In this document: positions 57,233 to 64,000 of the stretch, one piece after another
Layout: each line of letters opens with the position of its first letter
How positions within the stretch are numbered: position 1 is the stretch's first letter
Assembly: GCA_016788785.1 (NCBI GenBank)
Contig: JAEUSM010000011.1
Span: 17,200-81,199 of the forward strand
DNA from: Candidatus Kapaibacterium sp.
GTDB lineage: Bacteria > Bacteroidota > Ignavibacteria > Kapaibacteriales > JAEUSM01
Direction of reading: 5' to 3'
DNA length: 64,000 bases
The notes under the pieces: model-generated
Seen by the model: the letters and a program-made list of their open reading frames with translations, nothing else
Told to the model about the DNA's origin: nothing
The model's database searches: none
Made by a program: the position numbers and the translations under genes

Positions 57233-57360
57233 AGATACGATAAAATAGAAAATTAAGATTTAATTAAGGTAAAATTACGAAATATTTCTTTCAAAACAAA
57301 TAGTGCTCAAAAAAAAAGTCCTGTTTTTCAACAAGACTTTCTACTTTGTGTTATTAAGGA

Positions 57361-58377
57361 TTAATAACTCATCGAATCTAATTTGACCTTACCTTTGAAA
57401 ACCCAATAGATTCCAAAGGTATATGCAAGAACAACAGGTACCCCAAAAACAGCAATTACCGTCATATATTCTAATGTTTTTTGGGATGCTGAGGCATTAT
57501 ATATTGTTAAGCTATGTGCTGGATTGTTCGATGCCAATACTAAGTTAGGAAACAAACCAATAGCAGTCAATGCTAAAAACATCACTATTGCACCTGATGA
57601 GGAAATGAATGCAAAAAAGTATTGTTGTTTCGATATAGCTCTTGGTATATTTGCAATAGCAAGTAATGTAATCACTGGAATTGCAAACAATACTGGATAT
57701 GCTTTGAACGGAGCTATCATGTGAGGAAAAAATATGAGTGTAGTCATCGTTACTCCGCCGTAACAAAGAATGAAAAAGATTATGGTCTTTTTTACCCATT
57801 TTTTGATACGCTCGTGAAGTTCTCCTTCAGTTTTCATAACAGCATAAATAGAGCCATGCATCGCAAAAAGTGCAACAGTGCATATACCCAATAGCAATGA
57901 AAATGGATTTAACATTCCTAAAAATGATCCTGCAAACTCTTTGTCAGCAGCAATTGGCACTCCAATGATAATATTTCCCAAAGCAACACCCATCAATAAC
58001 GCTATCAGTAATGATGAAATTGAAAATGCAACATCCCACGTTTGACGCCACCATTTCATTGGCTCTTTAGAGCGAAACTCAATAGAAACCGCTCTAAAAA
58101 TCAACATTGCCAAAAGCAAATAGAACGCTGTATAAAATCCACTAAATACCGTTGCATATACATCAGGGAATGCTGCAAACAATGCACCACCGCCCGTTAC
58201 CAACCATACCTCATTCCCATCCCAAACAGGACCAATGGAATTGAGCATAATTCTTCTGTCAAGATCTTCTTTTGTAAACAAATGAAGTATTCCCACACCC
58301 AAATCAAAACCATCTAAAACAGCATATCCTGCAAGCAACACAGCTACTAAAATAAACCAAAGAATATGTAAATCCAT
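57361..58377 (-). CDS. cydB: cytochrome bd ubiquinol oxidase subunit II
   Basis: 338 aa, eight TM helices; immediately downstream of cydA with a 1-bp gap. Confidence 0.85.
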   Translation of the reverse strand: MDLHILWFILVAVLLAGYAVLDGFDLGVGILHLFTKEDLDRRIMLNSIGPVWDGNEVWLVTGGGALFAAFPDVYATVFSGFYTAFYLLLAMLIFRAVSIEFRSKEPMKWWRQTWDVAFSISSLLIALLMGVALGNIIIGVPIAADKEFAGSFLGMLNPFSLLLGICTVALFAMHGSIYAVMKTEGELHERIKKWVKKTIIFFILCYGGVTMTTLIFFPHMIAPFKAYPVLFAIPVITLLAIANIPRAISKQQYFFAFISSSGAIVMFLALTAIGLFPNLVLASNNPAHSLTIYNASASQKTLEYMTVIAVFGVPVVLAYTFGIYWVFKGKVKLDSMSY

Positions 58378-58378
58378 C

Positions 58379-59776
58379 TTAATTCACTCCTTTCACGGAA
58401 GCTTGTTTTGAAAGTGATGGCAGTACCAATTTGTTTTCAGAATACGTAGAAGTATCCTCCTCGATAGGTCCTTTTGTTATTTTTTTGTGCATCAGATACA
58501 CAAACAACAAAAACAAAAGCATATAAATTGCTGTAAATAATATCAAAGAGAACCATATTTGATTAGCCGTAACTACCTTTGATAATGCATCAGAGGTACG
58601 CAACAAGCCGTAAACTATCCAGGGTTGGCGACCCATTTCTGCAGCAAACCAACCAAATTGATTTGCAAGTTGTGGTAAGATTACTGACGGTACAAAAAGC
58701 AACATTAACCAACGAGTTTCAAAAAGTTTTTTTCTCCACATTTGTACGATTGCAACTATGACCATCAAGGTTAAAAATATACCAATTGCAATCATCCAAT
58801 GATACAGTTGAAAAACAGGATTGACCATTGGTCTATCTTGAGGCGGAAAACTATTCAATCCAGTGAGCGGTTTTGACGCATCACCATGAACCAGAAATGA
58901 AGCAAACCCTGGAATTGCAAGACCAGAAGTAGTACCAGTTTTTTCATTCACCCACCCAATCAAATATTGATCAGCAGGTTTGTTCGAATCAAAATGTCCT
59001 TCATATGCTGCCATTTTTGCAGGTTGGTTTTTTGCCACTCCTTCAGCAGAAATGTGTCCTGTGACAAATTGAAACACACATCCAAAAGCAGCTAACCCTA
59101 ATGCTATTTTGAAAGAAGATTGAGCAAATTCTGTATGTTTCTTTTTGATGATATAAAATGCACTTACACTCAAAACCAAAAATGCTCCAGCAATCCAAGC
59201 TCCACCCAACACATGAGCCAATCGTTCCATTGATGATGGATTGAACACCATAGCCCAAAAGTCAGTAATTTCTGCACGAGCAGTCATTCCAGTACCAACA
59301 ATGTGATATCCAGCTGGAGTTTGCATCCAAGAACCAGCAACAACTATCCAAACGGCACTAAACATTGAACCGAGAGACACCATAATTGCTGAAAAAAAGT
59401 GCATCGCCGGACTAATTCTATTCCATCCGAAAAGGAGTAACCCTAAAAATCCCGATTCTAAAAAGAAAGCAAAAATCCCTTCTGCAGCAAGAGCTGAACC
59501 AAATATATCCCCAACATACCGTGAGTATGTAGCCCAATTGGTACCAAACTCAAACTCCATAACAATTCCTGTTGCAACACCAATTGCAAATGTAAGAGCA
59601 AAAATGCGTATCCAGAATTTTGTCATTTGCTCATAGAGTGGATTTTTTGTTCGCAAAAACATTCCCTCCATTATTACTATCAATACTCCCAATCCTATAC
59701 TTAACGGAGGATAGATGTAATGAAAACTAATGGTTACAGCAAATTGAATCCTTGCTAATATTTCAACGCTATCCAT
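58379..59776 (-). CDS. cydA: cytochrome bd ubiquinol oxidase subunit I
   Basis: 465 aa; conserved N-terminal ([20 protein letters not shown]) and Q-loop regions. Confidence 0.9.
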   Translation of the reverse strand: MDSVEILARIQFAVTISFHYIYPPLSIGLGVLIVIMEGMFLRTKNPLYEQMTKFWIRIFALTFAIGVATGIVMEFEFGTNWATYSRYVGDIFGSALAAEGIFAFFLESGFLGLLLFGWNRISPAMHFFSAIMVSLGSMFSAVWIVVAGSWMQTPAGYHIVGTGMTARAEITDFWAMVFNPSSMERLAHVLGGAWIAGAFLVLSVSAFYIIKKKHTEFAQSSFKIALGLAAFGCVFQFVTGHISAEGVAKNQPAKMAAYEGHFDSNKPADQYLIGWVNEKTGTTSGLAIPGFASFLVHGDASKPLTGLNSFPPQDRPMVNPVFQLYHWMIAIGIFLTLMVIVAIVQMWRKKLFETRWLMLLFVPSVILPQLANQFGWFAAEMGRQPWIVYGLLRTSDALSKVVTANQIWFSLILFTAIYMLLFLLFVYLMHKKITKGPIEEDTSTYSENKLVLPSLSKQASVKGVN

Positions 59777-60066
59777 TGTTGTTCCTTTCTAATATTACTA
59801 CAAATTGAATGATTATTCTTTATTCATTTCATTCAAACGTAGTAAATCTAAGAAACAAAAGCAACAAAAAAATACAAAAAAGTCTCCCAAAAATCGGACT
59901 CAAATAGTCCGATATATGGAAATATTCAGTACTTTCAAAAATGTTTTTTTTAAAAAACTGATTTTATCTTTAGTAGAATTTTTCAATTGTACTATCAATT
60001 TTCAAACAACAAAGCCCGTTTTTTTAAACAGGCTTAGATTAATTCAACTCATTTCGTAACAATTAG

Positions 60067-60528
60067 TTACTGCGGTCGAAATACATCTCCATCAATTGCA
60101 TTTGTATAGGAAAATACTTGAATAATAAGTCCAGATGGTGAACGAAGTTCAACAGTAGCACCACTGTTCAAAAATCGAGCTGGGTATTTACTGATAAACT
60201 GCAGTGAATCTCCGCCTTTGAGTGAATCTTGTCCTGATTCACTTTGTAATTCCCACTCTGAATCGGGCAAATCAACTACTTTGTACCCATTGAGTGAAAC
60301 AGTTTCTTTGAAAAAATTTTTGACTGTAAACCGTTCTCTGTAATTATCATCTCCGGATGGATTTGGAATGAGTTCTACGATTCTCAATCCAAAATTGTTA
60401 TCACCAGAAGGAGGATTACCAAATGGAAACTTATTTTGATTGTCAGAGTTGTTGGGGTTCGATTGTTCAGAACATGAAATCAAGAGAGCAAACAAAATAA
60501 CGAAGCAAATACGGAATAAGGACAACAT
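60067..60528 (-). CDS. lipoprotein with lamin-tail (LTD) domain
   Basis: Lipobox LLISC; RIVELIPNPSGDDN...ETVSLNGYKV matches the LTD pattern (NE.LPNP.G.D...E); 153 aa. Confidence 0.55.
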   Translation of the reverse strand: MLSLFRICFVILFALLISCSEQSNPNNSDNQNKFPFGNPPSGDNNFGLRIVELIPNPSGDDNYRERFTVKNFFKETVSLNGYKVVDLPDSEWELQSESGQDSLKGGDSLQFISKYPARFLNSGATVELRSPSGLIIQVFSYTNAIDGDVFRPQ

Positions 60529-60612
60529 AGTTCAAATAGTTATGTAAAAAGGAAGAAAGTTTCGTAAATATACAAAAAGCCATTCTAATGAATGGCTTTT
60601 TAAATTTTAAAG

Positions 60613-60686
60613 TGCACCTGTAGGGATTCGAACCCCAAACCTCTTGATCCGTAGTCAAGTGCTCTATCCAGTTGAGCTACAAGTGC
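60613..60686 (-). tRNA. tRNA-Arg (anticodon ACG)
   Basis: Folded by hand as a 74-nt cloverleaf. Acceptor stem GCACTTG/CAGGTGC; D-arm GCTC-AACTGGATA-GAGC; anticodon arm CTTGA-CTACGGA-TCAAG; T-arm TGGGG-TTCGAAT-CCCTA. Discriminator A; CCA not encoded. Confidence 0.85.
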
Positions 60687-60703
60687 AACGAATTTTTCTT
60701 ACG

Positions 60704-60973
60704 TTACGCTGCTTTAGGACCTTTGAGTCTATTCACATAGCGTGACAGTGATGATTTGCGGTTGGATGCAGTATTTTTGTGCATAATTCTTTTCGCAGCA
60801 GCTCTATCTAAAATGCTCATTGCTTTGGTTAATTTACCTTGAGCATCAGTCAATTCAACAGATGTGCGAACAGCTTTCACTGCCTCACGAATCAATTTTT
60901 TGTAAAAACGATTGTAGCTACGTAATTTTTTCGTTTGACGAATTCTTTTTAGTGCTGACTTATGATGAGCCAT
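60704..60973 (-). CDS. rpsT: 30S ribosomal protein S20
   Basis: 89 aa, basic, N-terminal MAHHKSALKRIRQ...; S20 size and pattern. Confidence 0.85.
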   Translation of the reverse strand: MAHHKSALKRIRQTKKLRSYNRFYKKLIREAVKAVRTSVELTDAQGKLTKAMSILDRAAAKRIMHKNTASNRKSSLSRYVNRLKGPKAA

Positions 60974-61061
60974 TATTCTTTTTCGCTAATAGAGTATATT
61001 AAAATAAGACTACAAATATACGAGTATTTTTTCAATCTACCAAATTTTACACGTTTTTTTT

Positions 61062-62531
61062 CTAATTTCTATACGACAAACCGAGTGTAATTTGTTTTGG
61101 TGTGTTGTTCAATGTATAGGAAAACGTATCAAAAAACGAGCGACGTTCTGCGAATGACAAAAAGCGAACCGCTCCCTCTAAGCGAACATTTGGAGCAATT
61201 TCTACTGCACCACCCAATGCAAAAACAGACATTGCAGCTCCAGGCACATCAAGTGTATAAGGGGAACTCGTGGATTGCATTGAGGCTCTTACGACGAAAG
61301 GAGATGCTGGTACTGCATATTCTGCTCCAAACCCCCAAGTAGTTTGATTCACCAATTGTCGACGAATTTCTAGATTTTTTGCTTCTATATACCGAGAAAA
61401 TGAACTTTTGCTTCCCAAAAATTGGTCTAATCCATCTGTTGCAGCATCTCCAAACTCTAATTGGGTAACATCTACATATTCGCCACCTGCTGTAAATGTA
61501 ATACCCAAAACATGAACTGAAATTCCTGCACCAAAAACAAATGGCGTTGTTATATTGTAGGAGTTCTTGCCTAATGAATTTCGAGAGAATCTATCATTAT
61601 TGTCAAATTCAGAGGTAAATTCTTGCGACCAATCTTCTTCAATAGAATAATATGTTGGAGTTTTAACAGTTAGATTAAATCGAACATTTTCACCATATCG
61701 AGATTGTAATCCCAAAACTGCACCAATACCTAAAATAGACTGATCAATAGTTTGATTAATCCCAATTTGACGAATATCTGTTGTTGTAGCTCCAATATTT
61801 GGGTCATATACAGTATGGATATTGTACGCATCACGTTCTAAAAAAGAATTCGCATAAGAATACGATCCAAATTTACCAACAATAGATAAACCTAATGAAA
61901 CATTTTCTGCTATTGACCATCCACCTCCACCTGAAATGGCATGGATAGCTCCACGTTCACGAATATCTCCTTGTTGAACCATTCCACGCAACAATGGAGT
62001 TCCATATCGTTGATTAGTAGAATCGAAATATGCCAACGCTAATGCATTCGCAAATTCAGGGTTTCCTGTAACTAATTGTGGTACAATTGATGGAGTTGTT
62101 GCAATTCGTGCTGAATCTGTATTATTAGAATATTGATACAATGAGTTGAATGTATTTTCGAGCATATACCCGATTGCAACAGAAGATTTTGTCCCAACTA
62201 TCGGGGCTACAAAACCAAGATGTGTTGGTTGAAAATAGGAAGATGACTCTGTTAAGGAATTTGTTGTAAAATTTGTGGTTGCAGTATTTCGCGACAAATT
62301 TAACCCCATAGAAAATTCATCATTAGCCACCAATGAAAGACCTGCAGGATTGATAAACAACGAAGCAAAATCATCAGAAATACCAATATATGAGACACCT
62401 AAACCAGCTGCACGTTGATTAGGGAACGTATTAGAGTTTACATATCGTAGTGCGTCTTCTATATACTGAGCTTTTGTTAGTGATACACTACTTATAAATA
62501 TAAGAACTGCAATCAAAAGAATATGCTTCAT
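61062..62531 (-). CDS. outer-membrane beta-barrel protein, FadL/PorV-like
   Basis: Signal peptide; N-terminal NPAGL motif typical of the FadL/TodX (and PorV) family; C-terminal aromatic residue; 489 aa. Confidence 0.5.
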   Translation of the reverse strand: MKHILLIAVLIFISSVSLTKAQYIEDALRYVNSNTFPNQRAAGLGVSYIGISDDFASLFINPAGLSLVANDEFSMGLNLSRNTATTNFTTNSLTESSSYFQPTHLGFVAPIVGTKSSVAIGYMLENTFNSLYQYSNNTDSARIATTPSIVPQLVTGNPEFANALALAYFDSTNQRYGTPLLRGMVQQGDIRERGAIHAISGGGGWSIAENVSLGLSIVGKFGSYSYANSFLERDAYNIHTVYDPNIGATTTDIRQIGINQTIDQSILGIGAVLGLQSRYGENVRFNLTVKTPTYYSIEEDWSQEFTSEFDNNDRFSRNSLGKNSYNITTPFVFGAGISVHVLGITFTAGGEYVDVTQLEFGDAATDGLDQFLGSKSSFSRYIEAKNLEIRRQLVNQTTWGFGAEYAVPASPFVVRASMQSTSSPYTLDVPGAAMSVFALGGAVEIAPNVRLEGAVRFLSFAERRSFFDTFSYTLNNTPKQITLGLSYRN

Positions 62532-62533
62532 AC

Positions 62534-63415
62534 TTATCTTCCTGGTCTTCGTGTTGTTGATGATGGTGTTGATTTTGGAGCTGGAGTAGATCTAGAAGGA
62601 GATGATGTTGCACGTGATGGAGAACTCGTTGTATTTCTTGAAGAACTTGGACTTGCACTTTCTCTTGTAAACGTTCTCGTTGGAGATGTCGTTTGAGTTC
62701 TCGTTGGAGATGTCGTTTGAGTTCTCGTTGGTGTAGTTACTGGAGGTGTAGTTCGAGTATTCCATCCATCAGTATTAGTTCGTTCATTTGTTCGAGTCGG
62801 TGTTGTATTTGTCGTAGGTCGGTAGTTTTGAGAACGGTTGTTCCATTCATCATTCGTTGGAGCTACTTGACGAGTTGTGTTAGGATTAGAAGTTGTTCCT
62901 CGATTTGGTCCGAAATCACGAACTTGTTGAGTTCGAGCTGGTTCTATAATTGTTCTTGTAACAGGTGGATTATACGTGGTAAAACCTCCCCAAGCATAGC
63001 GAGTTGGCACAAATGCACCACCCCAAAAAGGATTTGTACCAAAATAAGGAGAATACCAATCCCAATATACTAACATTGGGTCACATTGGAACATAAAATG
63101 ACGACGTGAGTTATAATGCCAATATCTGCTAGATTCCCACCATGGTACTATCACGGGAACAAAACGCGGTGGAGCATTGAACATCATAGAAGGATAGTAC
63201 ATATCATCGTACCCACTAACGACCAAAGGGTTTTGCCACATATCGTTATTGATTCGTTGTGGAGAAACCGTTTCAGTTTCTTCTACTTCTGTTGGTTGTT
63301 GACGATTTGGATTATTATTGTAACCCCAAGCATTTGTTTTTACCCCATCAGTGCTAGCACATGATGAGAAAAGGACGGTAACTACAAGTAGCGTTGCCAA
63401 TTGGAATGTTTTCAT
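62534..63415 (-). CDS. secreted Trp-rich / Thr-Pro-rich repeat protein, hypothetical
   Basis: Lipoprotein-like signal (LFSSCAS), aromatic-rich middle, C-terminal TTSPTRTQ tandem peptide repeats (encoded by a direct repeat at ~62672..62719); 2-bp gap to the OMP gene. Confidence 0.4.
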   Translation of the reverse strand: MKTFQLATLLVVTVLFSSCASTDGVKTNAWGYNNNPNRQQPTEVEETETVSPQRINNDMWQNPLVVSGYDDMYYPSMMFNAPPRFVPVIVPWWESSRYWHYNSRRHFMFQCDPMLVYWDWYSPYFGTNPFWGGAFVPTRYAWGGFTTYNPPVTRTIIEPARTQQVRDFGPNRGTTSNPNTTRQVAPTNDEWNNRSQNYRPTTNTTPTRTNERTNTDGWNTRTTPPVTTPTRTQTTSPTRTQTTSPTRTFTRESASPSSSRNTTSSPSRATSSPSRSTPAPKSTPSSTTRRPGR

Positions 63416-63474
63416 CAGAATTCTCCTGAAAAATGGCGATTAGACTTATAAGTACCGACGTTACTTCAACAAAC

Positions 63475-63999
63475 TTATTTGCCTATATACTTATGAGTAG
63501 CAACTGTTGCAGAGGTTGGTGATAATCCAACTTTTTTCTTTAAATACAATGCAGCTGATTCCTTGAGCATTTCAAAAGTTCCTTTTTTCATATACATTCC
63601 AATATCTTGTCGAATTGGAAACAGTACATAGCGTGATTCTTGAATAAATCGTTGACATTCCTTAATTAATGGATCCAAATGAGTTCGCTTGTTTCTTTCC
63701 CAATCAGCCATCCAATTATCTTCAATAATATTTGAACTAAGTATGTTCAATACTGTACTTGTTGTATTATTAGCAAGATAATAGCAGCCTAATAATGGTG
63801 ATATTTCAAAAATATTCGAAGTTAAATTAGCTGCACTTGTTTTTAAAAGAAGATTTACTTTTTTCATCTCTTTGTATCTGGCACCCATGATAACAATTTT
63901 TTGACAGGTCTTCGCAATTGCTCCTGCCGCAGAAACTGCAGGTCCCGTTGCACCACCCAAATCGGCAAATAATCCTGCGGTAGAAACTCCTAATTGCAC
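63475..63999 (-). CDS. hypothetical protein (probably truncated by the window end)
   Basis: ORF reaches the last codon of the window; no motif recognised. Confidence 0.3.
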   Translation of the reverse strand: MQLGVSTAGLFADLGGATGPAVSAAGAIAKTCQKIVIMGARYKEMKKVNLLLKTSAANLTSNIFEISPLLGCYYLANNTTSTVLNILSSNIIEDNWMADWERNKRTHLDPLIKECQRFIQESRYVLFPIRQDIGMYMKKGTFEMLKESAALYLKKKVGLSPTSATVATHKYIGK

Positions 64000-64000
64000 T

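Noticed and set aside
59990-60045. Possible hairpin (aaagcccgttttttt aaacaggctt) downstream of the LTD lipoprotein gene
   Set aside because: The stem is imperfect (ccg versus ctg) and the T-run is on the wrong side for the minus-strand gene, so I did not call it a terminator.
62693-63073. 126-aa plus-strand ORF rich in Ser/Cys/Arg
   Set aside because: It is antisense to the Thr/Pro-rich repeat region of the 62534..63415 gene, so it is a repeat-driven artefact.

Overview
This is an AT-rich chromosomal segment from a bacterium of the FCB group, Bacteroidota- or Ignavibacteriota-like. That inference rests on many secreted proteins ending in type IX secretion (T9SS) C-terminal sorting domains, separate secD and secF genes, and Bacteroidetes-style -7 promoter motifs (TAnnTTTG). 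All calls are by-eye motif recognition; I ran no database searches.

Recognisable core genes: rlmN, folD, pgi, a Fur-family regulator, psd, tyrS, an ADP-ribosylglycohydrolase, secD, secF, cydA and cydB, rpsT, a tRNA-Arg(ACG), arfB, an M3 oligoendopeptidase (pepF), two SpoU/TrmH methyltransferases, a TolB-like protein, a histidine kinase, an ArnT-like glycosyltransferase, and an ECF sigma / anti-sigma pair cotranscribed with a 1572-aa vWA-WD40-Ig-T9SS surface protein.

Accessory content, in order of interest:
- Two restriction-modification (RM) cassettes are each bracketed by a long direct duplication of the 3' end of the neighbouring housekeeping gene. Cassette 1 has two beta-class N6A/N4C methyltransferases plus a 669-aa putative endonuclease (Type IIS-like by context) and a 4 x ~69-bp tandem hairpin repeat. 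It sits between 62-bp repeats derived from the arfB 3' end. Cassette 2 is dcm plus a 379-aa endonuclease, sitting between 42-bp repeats derived from the Fe-S oxidoreductase 3' end, whose own terminator now lies 2.4 kb downstream.
- A REP-associated tyrosine transposase (RAYT) is flanked by inverted REP doublets, with a fifth REP copy 16 kb away.
- A second palindromic repeat family (ctgaatcaggatttgcaggatt) brackets a three-gene secreted-protein module.
- An operon upstream of fur is prophage-remnant-like (capsid-like, holin-like, amidase_2).
- A three-gene cluster of unknown function has two paralogous proteins, one with an RGG/YG-rich tail.
- Several homopolymeric G tracts are phase-variation candidates.
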